This document shows, piece after piece, positions 12,929-25,923 of a stretch of DNA of 64,000 nt. Each line of letters opens with the position of its first letter. Positions within the stretch are counted from its first letter, which is position 1. The stretch covers positions 434,001 to 498,000 of the forward strand of contig CAJFCJ010000015.1 of assembly GCA_904063045.1 (NCBI GenBank), in the 5' to 3' direction. The notes beneath the pieces are model-generated. The model searched no databases. It was not told the origin of the DNA and worked only from the letters and a program-made list of their open reading frames with translations. The DNA comes from Dimorphilus gyrociliatus. Lineage: Eukaryota; Animalia; Annelida. Position numbers and translations under genes: made by a program.

Positions 12929-13694
12929 CTGACAAACTATACGTAGCTATTAAACGCCAAATAGCATATAAACGACATCTATATTAGTTAGTGGCGCCAT
13001 CTCTGCTTACAACGATTGTTTCTAAAGAATTATTAAAGTCCGATTTAGTAGTATAAACGTCATATTTTTCAACAGTTTTTTTTAAAGGTTACAATCTAAT
13101 TTAATTATTAATTAATTGATTAAAAAGAATAACTATATCAATAACTTATTTACGAAAAATATTTAATCATTATCCTCTAATTACATTATTAATTCTAATC
13201 TCATACCAAGCTATTTAATGGTTTTACAATTGATTTTGTACATAGCAAATTACTTATTTTTTAGACCTAGCTGGTTGTATTACACACAAACAAATATATT
13301 TTAGGTGTATATATTAGACTGTTATTAAATGACTGCAGAACAGCATAAAAACTGATCTATACATTGTATAAGCTCATATATTTAAAAAGTAAACTGCTAT
13401 ATTGAAGCATCCTATAAAGAATAATATTTATATTAATATATACATTAGTATACAAATATATAAATCAATAAAAATGTACATTTTCTCTTTTTCTTTTAAC
13501 CTAAAACTCTCTTCTTTTTTTCTACTTCAGTTGTTCTTAGTTTTACTCCTAAAGATTCCCTTCTTCATATTTATATCTTTCCTTCTTCTCTCTATCATTC
13601 TGAAACGTGTATACAGAATCAAAGTCAATATATTTCTTATTTTTTTTAATTACTCATTGGAAAAATAATTTGTAATGGTAAATTATTCGTTTAC

Positions 13695-13780
13695 CTTTCC
13701 GCTTTTAACAGGATTATAGGCTTAAGCTAGGCAGCAGCAGTGGCAGGCAGAACAGCAGCTTTCTGCCGATATAAATATAT
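13695..13780 (-). other. Probable non-coding first exon of the EYS-N/EGF gene (boundaries approximate)
   Basis: This GC-rich patch ends in a strong minus-strand donor (GAAAG|GTAAAC). The ATG at 12928 is directly preceded by an acceptor (TTTGTCAG|ATG). Confidence 0.5.
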
Positions 13781-16329
13781 ATATATATACATATAGACTA
13801 ATATATATAATTCCCTGATTGTTATAAAAAAAAGTCAATTGTCAACAGGCTTTTTTTTATTTCGATATAACAGAATATACAGTATATACTGTATATATAT
13901 ATATATATATTTGTGAGGGGAACAATGATCTCGTACGCTTGTATTGGTGTTTTTATGAATAAATTATGCATTACCAAAACAATAAATAGAGAGACTATTA
14001 TGTAAATAGAATATAATATTAAATGATTTTAAATATCATATTCATAAATACAGGTATAGCTACTTCATTCATTAAGCTATGTTAGTATTAATATATTTAT
14101 ATACTGGATGGAATTGTATAAAAATATATATACTATATCAACATAACAAAGAATAAAAGCAGTGTGAATAACAATGATTCTTCTTTATAAAAATTAGAAT
14201 ATCAATCAGGTAACTACATCTGGCGTGTAAAGTTCGAAAGTATAAAAAAATATGCATATATTATTATATTGACTACATTGAGATAAAAATGAGTAGCAGC
14301 CAGTTTTCTTTTTTATTACTTTTATTATATTCTTTTCAATATAAATATTCTATATTCAGCATAACCGTATGTTTATATATATGTATACTTACTCTATGGT
14401 GTTATTACGTATGTAACAGTTATATACAAATCTATAAATAGTTCTATATACGCTTAGAACTATAAATGCATATTATCTTAACGTACACACTCTAGCTAAA
14501 TGAATAGTAAATATACTTTGTATATATTTATTATATAAGAAAAAGCATCTCTGATGTCAAATGTTTGTTAGTTCATTGATTTTCACATTTTCCTATAAAA
14601 CTCTCAATTGGGAGCATTCTCATCAACTAACTTAATTCAATCCTGTTAAGACTGCAAAAGCAGGGATCTGTCTAAGAAGTTTATCAGATTTCTCGCTTTC
14701 GTACTCTTTGGTCAATTTTAATTCCATTTCAACGGTGAAATATATACTTTACGAAATTTTTTGTACTCTTCTCCGCTGAATTTCTTCTTCCTGCTGTAAA
14801 GCATTAAAAGTAAAGTTTGTTTTATTAATATGGCAATACTAAAAAATATAATTGTCCTCGTGATTAGGCCTATCATTATCTTTAGAGACTGGAGAGAAAA
14901 TGTAAACATGAAATATAATAATTAATTAATTTGCTTAATTAATCAAAAGTATTATATTATTTATAAAAGTAGACTTTAATTTTTATATATACTGTATATA
15001 AATTTTATATAAAGATACTTATCAACGTAAACGTAGAGTTTAAAAATGAGAAAAATTCCCTTATTTTTGTATATTTTGTATTACGAATTCTACATGGTAT
15101 ATTAAAAAGCCCTGGTGACTTTAATACTTTATATTATACTCAAAGGGAATGTTAATTTGTATTCCCATCTTCCATCTTCTTTTCTTAGCGTCTTATTGGT
15201 CTACAAACCTTTCTTTTTTTCATTTTTCTATCTTTGTAAAACTATTTTTTTCTATAAAAATTTCAATACTATAGAATACTATACTTTTTCACTATTTATC
15301 CTATCCCAAATCACTTTTTCCCTTTATCCGACCCTTTTCTGTTTTTTATCTCTTCTAATCATCAAACTATACTTTAGTTCTAATTTTATTCATATCTATT
15401 TTATATTCATAACAGAAATGACATACTGAATCATAAAATATAACGTTAACGCCTATTATAATTCCATTACCGTAGGGGAATTGATGAATAGAAAGAAAAG
15501 TACGAATAATTTTTACATATGAAGAATATATGATAGAGAATAAGTAGACTTGCAAAAGTTTTAATAAAGAATGTGACCAATACATAGATTAATAAGATTA
15601 ATTAATGCATTTTTTTAGTGTTTTATATATTCCATTTTCTTGTTCTCTTTATTAGTATATATTGAAAACAAATGAATGGTCTCTTCTCTTCTCTCACTTT
15701 CATAACAATACTCCATTTATGGAGTAGTTTAAACAATTATTCCATAGTATTACTCACATTTACAATCTATACAACCCTGAATAAATTTTTCTTGTTATTA
15801 TTATTCGACGGAAGTTTGTTATAGACTTCTGTTAAGAAGTTAAAACAACTCTTAATCAATAATTAACCCTGACAACGTCTTTTGTGATTACATGTTTTTC
15901 TAGTCCTTTCTTTAGTTTATCTTTTTTTATTCCAACATAAAAAGTGAATAGATCTGTTGATGAAGTTTATATCAATTTTTTGTACCTTTAATGGACATAT
16001 TATCCTCTATAATTAAAGAGCTGAAAATATTTACCAAGAAAGTAGGATTGATGATGCCACCTGTAGGATATAAAGTGAAATAATTCAACTTTGTTTAAAT
16101 ACAATATTATAGTTAGTGAATATCGTGATGTTTCTAAAAGATTTTAGAATCTATAAAAAGACTATACACTTTTCCATCTAGAATTAATTTGGATTTATTT
16201 AATTAGAACTCTATTTAAAGTTTAATTCTCAGATAATTTCTTGAGATAAACTCCTTTTATGTATTATATACACATATACATATACTGTATATTTCTTGTT
16301 AGTAATTACAATTCAACCAAAATGATTAT

Positions 16330-16330
<1 letters not shown>

Positions 16331-16381
<51 letters not shown>

Positions 16382-16398
16382 TATATATATATATATAT
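16331..16398. repeat. Long (TA)n microsatellite interrupted by CAG
   Basis: Read directly; TACAGTA lies at 16377-16383. Confidence 0.95.
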
Positions 16399-19341
16399 GT
16401 TTTCGTTTCCCGCCTACTCTTTTCGGTAATTCTCTTTCAATGGAATAGTAGATTAGTCTATAAATATTGTCAGCTGTGAATCTAATTATCATGAACAGAA
16501 AATTTTACATTTGGCTTCGTTTCACTTTTATAGTTATTTAATGGATAAGAACTGCTTCACATCAGTGAGTATTGATGATTTCGGCTTCACTTCTCCATAG
16601 GGAAAATCATGGACCGGAAGTCCTATGCATTAACATGTACAAAATCGGAAGAGATGGTAAATCTGATGAAGTTGATTGAGGTGCTTGATTAATTGTAAGT
16701 TATTTAAACACTTGGAAATTATCTAGAAGTATCGTTTTCTTTTCTTTTACATGTAAAGTATTAGAATAACTTTTCCTTTAATTCCATTATTAAAGACAGA
16801 ATGATGAAAAGGGTATCAGTTTTCCCTTACATTAAAATAATATACTAGGCCAAAATTATTGTCAATGGCATGTCCATGTTTGATTAAACTTTCACAATTA
16901 TCTTTGGAGGAATCGTCTAAAGAACTTAAGCCGAAAGAAGACGAACGCTATGAAAACGAATCGCCAAAAGACGTATAATAGATTTTCGATACGTTCTAAA
17001 TACGTTTACTTCACTTTTTCAACTTGATCTAGTAAAATTTTTGTTTTTTAAACGTTTTTTATTCAATTATCGTTCAATTATATTATTATCTTTACATTTT
17101 TCTTACACTAGTTAAAAAAAGAAAAAGAGGAAATAAAACAAACAGAATAAAGTAAAGCATCCAAAGTATCGATTACAAAAAGTAAAATGTATCATTTGCG
17201 AAATTGAGTAGAAAGAAGAATAGATGTTTTTTTTTTATATAAAACAAAAAGAAACTGTATTATTTTATATGTTTTCGATATATTTCATATCACTTTACGA
17301 CCAGAACTAGAATAAAATAGAAATAAGATAAGATACCCTTTTAAGCATATATTTGTTTTCTATATTATTTTAGGCTAATAGATTATATTCTTAATTATTG
17401 TTATTAGAATTTAAGCATAAATGATAATTAATGAGAAAGTCATTTTTTCCTATGTAAATATTATATAATACATTTTTATATATATATATATACAATATAA
17501 GAGGAAGTGTAACATCGAAAAACTGATACATTTTTACTGATTAGCTTTATTCGGAAGTTTGAGGAAATATAACAAGAGTTGTTTCCGGAATAAATTTTGT
17601 CTCCTATATAAGTTCTCAGGAAACAAAGAAACTTATGTTCATCCGAAACGTGATTTATTTGATTCACTTACATATTATAATCTAATAATGTGAATTTTAT
17701 TACAATTAATAATAAAACGTATCTATTATAAGCTTTAATAAATGTTTGGTGTGAATTTTATTGAATAAACTTGTAGGTATTTAAACCATAATCGGATTTG
17801 CTGAGAAACAAAGATGTATTTAGTTTAGAGATAAGGAACGTTCGGTGGACATATATAGAGTAGAAGGAATACAAATCAAGATTTCATTTTACACTTTAGC
17901 AGTTAGTATTTAATCAGAGTCGTTAATGTCTGAGTCGAGTCCGCGTAGTATCAAAGGCGAACGTGTTGTGTAGAAGGCAGTTAAACTGCTACAGTGGGCA
18001 CCGAAAATTTTTATAACACTGACTATTTTAAAAGATTCGAATTCAAGGTTATTAGTTAAAATAAAGAGGAAAAAAACAAATTTTACTTCAATCGTTTGTA
18101 GTTTCTTACAGAACGATTATTTTTAAGCACATCTTTAAAAAACTAATATTTTAGTATTTATTCGAAAGACATGCATAAATCAGCTATTATGCTACGCTTA
18201 CTTCAATAAATATTACATAAATAGTTTAGAAAAACCTTTAGTAGCTGAAGTCATATTACTAAAATAGACATATACTGTTATACAACGTACAAATGTTTAC
18301 AAAATTGAGATTCGTTGAAAGAAAATGTATTAAAATGTTACAGATAAAAAGAACGAACGTATCTCTTGCGTAAGACTTCCTGAAAGGATGCTATTAGATA
18401 AATAGGCGTGTTTCTAGTATATTCGTAGTATAATTTCAAATAAAAATAATTACCAATGTTGTCTTTCTTTTGATAACATGTGGTTTTTTAATAAGTACTG
18501 TTATCTCTAGGTTTTATCGTTCATTTTTCCACAATTCCTTTTAGCAATGTATAAAGTATATCAACATTTACAGTATATATACATATATATATATACATAT
18601 ATATATATATGTCTATTCAATATGTTACATGTTTACAAATGTATACTTGTTTAAAATCGTATTTATTTAATATTATGATGATCTTTGACCTCATGAAATA
18701 ACCTTTACGTTTTCAAGTTATAATATAATATTAAATCTTTCAAGATCAGAACTTAATTTCACCTTCTCACTCTCTATCTCTCTATCTATCCATCTATGTC
18801 TTTATCTTTTACTCTTCTACTCTTTCTTTCTCTCTCTTTGTTTGATTTGCCTTTTATTTCCTTTGACCAAATAAAATGATGTTGTTGAAAGGGAAAAATA
18901 CAGAAATAGGAGAAAAACTTATTAACCAAAAACACTTTTTTAATAGAGCTACCACACTAAATACTTTTGACCCAATTTTTCTTTGATTTTGTCTCTAGAA
19001 TATTTGAATATATATGCATTGAATAAAGTATAACAATCCACGATCGTTTCCCATGAGTAAATGGAATAAATGGTTTGAATTTAGTGTGGCTTTTAAGTTT
19101 CCTCTTGTATCCGTATCACGAATTTTTGTCGATCTCTGCTTTTGTTAGACAGTAGATTTTTGTATACGATCCATTGTCTAGAGGCCACGTTTAACACGAA
19201 CCCGTTTAATTCAATTGGAGATAAGAGCAAGAAATACTTGTTTGAAAGAAAAGAAATAATAAAAACAGGTCTTGTAAGATAATGAGACAAGAGAGAGCGA
19301 AAAAAAATAAAACAACACGTTTACGATATGTGACAGCTGAG

Positions 19342-19349
19342 TGACGTCA
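19342..19349. promoter_or_regulatory. Perfect CRE palindrome TGACGTCA (intergenic)
   Basis: Exact 8-mer in the context CAGCTGAGTGACGTCA, next to an E-box-like CAGCTG. Confidence 0.3.
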
Positions 19350-21296
19350 ACATCAATACCTTATTTACAAGAATAAGACGCATTTTCTATATAAGTCTGG
19401 AGTATATAATTTTTTTTATGGTCAACCATAACCTTTTTCGTTTTTTTTCTGTCTCTGAACAATTCATAGTCTTTATGATTCTTGTTCTAGAATGTTTCCT
19501 ATGTTGTAAAATGCTAATTGATAAGGAATTAATATTCAACACGAAAAGTGAATGCTAATTGTATTAATTAATTGTTATAATAGAAGAGGAAAAAAGCTGG
19601 CAAATATCAATCAACAATGTATGTGGTGACATCTAAAGCTGTCTTCGCAACTACATGATATTCCGAAAGAAAACCTTACTTCTATGTCAATACTCTAACA
19701 TTTTTTGATATTTTGATACTTGAGATGAATGTATTATGTTTATCATTTCAAAGCTCTTCAGCTCTTTTATAAAAACTTTAATTGATCAAAAGAAAAAGTA
19801 AAGGAAACGAATGAAGTATTATTGATTAATGGAAATTGAATAAAATCTAATTGTCAAACATTATTATTTTCCTATTATAAATGTTACAAGCTATTTGAAT
19901 GACTTAAATAAATTCTAAAATAAGGCATATTATCCGATTTTCAGATCAAAGAAACTTCTCCTCGTAACATACTAATAGCAATTAGAGTAAGATAAGAAGA
20001 GGAGAGAAGCAAAAAGGAGGGAATAAGGAAAGGCGAATTAAAGGGGAAATCTATAGAATAAAATAAGAGAGAGAAAATTGGACAGGAGATGGGATTAATA
20101 AAAAATTTTAAATAGATAAAAATCTGACTATACAGGTTTAACATTGAAATTGTTTAATTATGAAAAAGGAATAAGTCTTTTATCTTTTATTTTATCTGAT
20201 TAGCTAAATGATTTCCTAAAACATAAATATTTTAGAACCTTTGTTTTGTTCTTTTACTTAAATAATTATATGTACATTATTATCTTGTATATGTAAATAT
20301 ATACGTATACATCTATGGCTATGTATTTACTGTTTAAAGAAAGAGAAAGCTAAATAAAAACCAAATTTTTAAGTAATGACTAATATTTCTATCTAATATG
20401 AAAATTCTTAATAATTAATAGAAGTTCACGTTTTAAGAAGATTTGTAATTTATATCTCTTAAACTTCCAAATATATAAATGATATGGCTATAAATGTTAC
20501 AATATCTAGAAATACTGCTTTAAAGAGTCGATTCAAAGGTTTAAATTACTTGTTATAGATAAAAATGTTTAAAACTATCTATTATTCATTACACTATATA
20601 TGGCTTCCCAACCGTAAACGCTCACTTCTTGCCTAATTTTTACTTTAATATAGTTTTATTTTAGAATTTCATTTTAAATTAATGTTTTTTGTCATGGAAA
20701 TAAGAATTCCTCTAATAAAAAGTTCCTCTATATAGTTCATATAAAGAAAATAGCTTATTATACAAGTTGTATAGAAACTGTACTATATTAATATTGTATA
20801 TCAGACTTTCAAATCTATTAAACCTCTTTAATGAGAAATTAAATAACAATATTATATATCTCAATCTCTTTTGAAGAGGAAACGTAAGTTTAAAGCTATC
20901 CATATGCAATAATTATGTAAAATGACACAAGTATAATTACGTAATATTACAGGAATATTGTTTGCTTTATAAAGTTAACTTTTTATGGAAGATTGAAAAC
21001 AAATTGCTTTGTTTTTGAGAAAATAGAAAAAGATAAAAAAAAATATATAAGAAAGATGAAAAAGAGATAAAGAAGAAGAATAAAAAGTAATCAAAATGTT
21101 TTAACATATTGTTTGTTTTGAATAGATGTTTCTTTCGAAGGAAATTCAATGTCAGAAAAGATGGAATATATCTTCAAGGTTGGATAAGAATAGGAATAGG
21201 AATAAAATGAAAGAAAGCAATTAATACTTTTAATGAAAAGTTACCGAATTTACATAAATAAAGTAGGCCTATATTTTGCATGAATAATTTTAATAA

Positions 21297-21298
<2 letters not shown>

Positions 21299-21338
<40 letters not shown>

Positions 21339-21342
21339 TGTA
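21299..21342. repeat. (TA)n microsatellite ending in TACTGTA
   Basis: Read directly from the sequence. Confidence 0.95.
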
Positions 21343-21888
21343 TATTATAATTTTTTTACAGGGTGAAGCAATCAACTACACTCTTTTTAAGAAGCTTAGT
21401 AGACCAATCAGATGAGTAAGGTGAGATAAATCTCTGCTCGACTTTTTACTTTATATATTTCATTTTCTGAGTACCAACAAAAATTAGATACGTGCTTTAC
21501 TGAATATTTTTTGTTAAATTTGCTTATTTTTATCCTTTTCCAAGAAATAAGTCATATTTTGTTATACGCCCTCTTATGTGAAAACAAACATCTTCATATC
21601 TTGTTGGAAAGTCTGAAACAAAAGAGATAAAAGGAAAAGAAATTATAATATTTATTTTTAGTTAAGAACCTAATTAGTTAATTAATTAATTACAGAATCT
21701 AATTCTAAACGTCTTTTATATACTTATTCTATATTTAATTTAAAGTAAATCGAAAATTTACCTAAAATAATAAGCATACCTTAAAATATGTTTGTAAGTA
21801 TAATTAAACAAAAGAGAGCTATCAATTGTTAATCACTTAAAAGATTCTACGAAAAGATAGCTAATAATAAAGTTCTCTCACTTTGGTG

Positions 21889-24800
21889 TTAAGCGCACAT
21901 TTTCTGCCTTTGATTTTCCAACTGCAAAGAAAAGAGATTTGAAAATGTGAATAAAGTTACTGGTATTTTCCTCTTTCTCTCATTCCTACTCCACTTCTTT
22001 CTTTCTCTCTTCTCTCTATCTGATTTCATTTTTTCTATCATCTTTCACTCATCCCACGCTGACATTGTTCAAATCTTTAAATAAACGCCTTTTTCTTTAG
22101 ATTTGTCCCTCTTAATTAAGTAAAAGAATATGTATTAAAATAAGACAGAGGAAAAAGGCTCAGGTGGTGTCTTGGACTTATCTATTCTCTGATTATTATT
22201 CACACAACCCTCGAAAGCTATTTGGCCGTGTAATTCACACGTTCTTCCTCTTGTTAATATTTTTGTCTTTTTAATTACTATTATAGGCCTGTAGAAAATA
22301 AAGTTTTCCTATTTTCGGTAATTTAAAAAGAAACAGTCAATAGTTGCTGACAAGTGAAAAGGAAATAGGAAGTGATGGAATGTTTAAAGTTAAAACTATT
22401 CTTTCACTCTTACTCCCACTCTCCTCTCTCCTCTCTCTACTACGCAGTCTAACATAACCTTCAACTCTCGTTCACATTGTGATAGGCTTTTTTTTTAAAG
22501 CAGAACCATGTTCCCTTCTTTCTACTCATACTCCTTCTCCTCCCCTTCGCCCCCTTCTTATTCTGTATTCTATTCATATTCTCCGTTTTATTCTCAATAA
22601 ACAAGTTTATCTCAGAATCATATGTTTTAAATAATTAATACTTTCACTCAATAGATGTATAGACGTTATCGATATTGTTAGACAAACAACTATTTAACAA
22701 TACCCTTGTCAATCGTAAAGTATATCTTGTAGATAGTGAATTATATTGATCATATTTTAAGTATAATTATCATATTCATATTAACTAGTCAGTTATTCAT
22801 CAATCTGATTTATTAATTTACTATTCAAATCAGAAAGTATCTTCTGTGAACTTTGTAATAAGGCTAGATAATTAAATAAAGAGAAATATTCAGTCAGTCA
22901 TGCCAATAGCGTAGGATTTTTGTTTTCGTTGAAATGACATAAAAGTTTTAAATTCCATTAGAAATTATTTATCGCAGAGATTACTTATGAATTTAATACA
23001 TAATAGTGTACTCTCATTTATTTGCATATACTATTCCAAACTGCTAATGGAATAATAAAGAAAATATCACTTAATGTTCCTACATGCTTGAACAAACGTT
23101 TAACAAACTGACCATGAAACCATCAGTTGACTAATTTGAGCTTTATCGTTTAAAAGATCAAGCATTTAATGTAAACCAAGTACAAAAGTATTGGAAAATG
23201 AGTTACCTAAAATCAATAAATGTCAAATCATGGAAATTAATTTTAAAATTTAGCAGTTGAGATGAAAATTAGAGTTTTGAAAGGAGGATTTTTAATCATG
23301 GTTTTTTTAAAGGACTTTAAAAGCTGTTATAAATTTCTTTAGCCTTTATAATAACAAATCCCAACGATTTTTATATCTTTTAAATTAAGATATTTGGCAT
23401 AAAAGAGGAAGGATTTATGGACACTCGCTAAGGTTAATGATTACTGTACTGATTAAATAAGGCTTCCACACGTTGGCCTAGATTAGAGAAAGCCCTTATA
23501 CATATTTACTTTTTTCAAGACCCTCCTCTCTCCTCTCAATGCTCCTCCTACTCCTCTTTCACTCATACAACAAGAATAGATACATTTTATATATCAAGTT
23601 GACAATATATAAATTTGTATCCTTACTCTATAACTCTTTCATCACTTTCATTACACTATTACTCTCCTACCTCAATAGCTTTAAAAGTGTAGAACATAGC
23701 ATTCTGCTGGAGTCTTTCGCAAGCCTCTTCTTCAGAGCCTCTCTTTCCCCAGCCCATCGCCCGCTTTCCCCAGCCCATTGCTCTCTTTCCCCAGCTACGT
23801 CTCTTCTCTTCAAGAGCATCGAACTGGAAAACATTTCCAAGTATTAAAAAAAACGGAAAAGGAAAAGTAAAAAAGATTTATTGATGAATTTTATTGAAAC
23901 TATTTACTTATTGATTGTTTAATTACTAATAATATTCATAAAAATTTCAATTGAAAGACAAAAAATTTCTTTATCAATCTGAGTAATAAGAAAAGAAAAT
24001 CTCTTTATCTTCACAAGTGACATGACTAATTAGCTTACAAAACCACTAGGTTTAAACTTTATTAACCTCAATTCTTTCGTGCAAAAAGAGCATGAAACCA
24101 ATCCAAGGATTATATATATATATACATATGTTTAGTTTCTATTTTTATATAAATCTTAATTCTGTATTTCTCAAATGGCTCTTATACCAAAACAATTTAA
24201 AAGATATCCTGCTAAGCCTAGTTGACTCTTTCTCCGCCTAACCTTATCACTCTTCTTTTCTTCTCCATTTTTATCGTCTCCAGCTACTTATTTATTAAAT
24301 AGAAATATTCCTCACTTTTATCTCTCTAGTCAATTATTAATCAGAATAACCTACTTCTTATCAGGGATATCAATTACAAACCCCGAAGCAGCCATTCTCC
24401 TTTCTTTTGAAAATTTAGTTGCTTTTTCCTATATTGCTTAGTATAATAAGGGAATCTATTAAGAAAAACTTGAAAAATGTCTAAGCAAAAGAAAACAGAC
24501 AAAATTTCCATCTAATCGTACTAATTAATGACTTGAATTGTTTCCGAAAAGTCATTGAGATAACACTGAAGAGTAGTACTTATTCTTACTCTATACTCTC
24601 AAAATAATTCTCCTATCCCACTCCTTTTACCTCCTTTTCCCATTCATTCTATCCACTTGCTACCCTCTTAAAGATGATATAAAGATTTCCATAATTATAT
24701 TAAGAAGAGAAACGAAAAGCGACCTTTTTTTAACTTGTTCCCTAAATGAATAAGATATCGTTCAAAGAGAAAGAAAAATACAGATTATATATTAACTTTT

Positions 24801-25311
24801 CAGAAAACTTCTTCTCTTCTGAATTGTCGTCTAATCTCAGTAATTTCCTGCAATAGCAGGATTTTCCAGATTCTCTTATTTGACATTTAACCAAATTTTT
24901 TAAGTACTAAGAAATAAATTATTAAGATAGTTGATTATTTTAGTAACTTATCTAGTTTAAATAGAAGAAATCGGTCATTTTTACTTTACTCTTCTAAACT
25001 AAAAGAAAGTTTGTCAAACAAAATGTCTTTAACACCTTCATATATATAAAGGCCATTTTGATTATATTCTTTATATAATATAAACTGTTAGCCGATTGAT
25101 AACTTTTCATCTTTAAATTTCTATTTTTTTTTTAGTAAAAGTTAAGAGAAAACTATATTTTATCAATTGAACTTACTCTATCTTCATCATCCGATCTCTT
25201 TCCCCATGACCTCTTTCCCCATCCTCTTCTCTTTTCCTCAGCAGGAGATTCGTCGGCAGTAACGTAAATTGTAACAGCAATTAATAGAAAAGCAACCACA
25301 GCTAACTTCAT
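21889..25311 (-). CDS. RGWamide/APGWamide-family neuropeptide precursor, 106 aa, 3 exons (missed by the ORF track)
   Basis: Exons are 25177-25311, 23671-23823 and 21889-21921, with both introns phase 0. The protein reads MKLAVVAFLLIAVTIYVTA-DESPAEE-KR-RGWG-KR-SWG-KR-SDDEDR/FDALEE-KR-RSWG-KR-AMGWG-KR-AMGWG-KR-GSEEEACERLQQNAMFYTFKAIE/LENQRQKMCA*. It shows a signal peptide, dibasic cleavage sites, amide-donor glycines and a two-Cys tail. Confidence 0.95.
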
Positions 25312-25368
25312 ATCGTAATATCTTCTCTTCTTTTCTATGTAGCATAAAACTGACGACAGACGTCGTAT

Positions 25369-25374
25369 TTTATA
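25369..25374 (-). promoter_or_regulatory. TATA box of the RGWamide gene
   Basis: TATAAA on the minus strand ~58 bp upstream of the ATG. Confidence 0.55.
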
Positions 25375-25915
25375 CCTTAACAGCCTACGCCTAATGAATA
25401 TTCATCTGCATATAATAAAAATTAATCTAGGCGTTAGTTTAAATTCGTATTTCTATGTGTAGGAATAATCATATTTATGAAACATAGATATACATAAGTT
25501 TAATCTTTATAAGTCGAAGCAATTTATAATTGTATTTAAATAATTTATAATATTTAAATGTACTGCACATAAATTCAAAAATCTGTACTATCTAATGAAT
25601 ATGTATTTATGCACTTTCTTCATCATCACCTCGTGCTGCTTTGACTACTTCTTCTTGTTCCCCTTCATCAATATCTTTGCCAAAGATGTTTATAGGTAAC
25701 GACATTTAAGGATAATGATTTTAAATAACAAGTTTCTTGTTTTTCTGCTAAAGATACATGAATTATTCACCTATTCTTGTTCTTTCAAAAAAACCCTTGA
25801 AACGTCTACCTACTATTATAATTACTTCAAATTTCTATTTATACATTTTTGATTCTAAATTTATTCCGATCGCTTTCTATTAATCTAATGATAAGGTCAA
25901 AATTTATCTCCATCC

Positions 25916-25923
25916 TGACGTCA
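25916..25923. promoter_or_regulatory. Perfect CRE palindrome ~600 bp upstream of the RGWamide ATG
   Basis: Exact TGACGTCA; CREs are common in neuropeptide promoters. Confidence 0.4.

Noticed and set aside
17500-17625. Cluster of five GGAA cores suggesting an ETS enhancer
   Set aside because: The 4-bp core is too common to support a call without chromatin data.
23539-23847. Plus-strand ORF with SPAH repeats
   Set aside because: It is the antisense shadow of the RGWamide exon (WGKR repeats).
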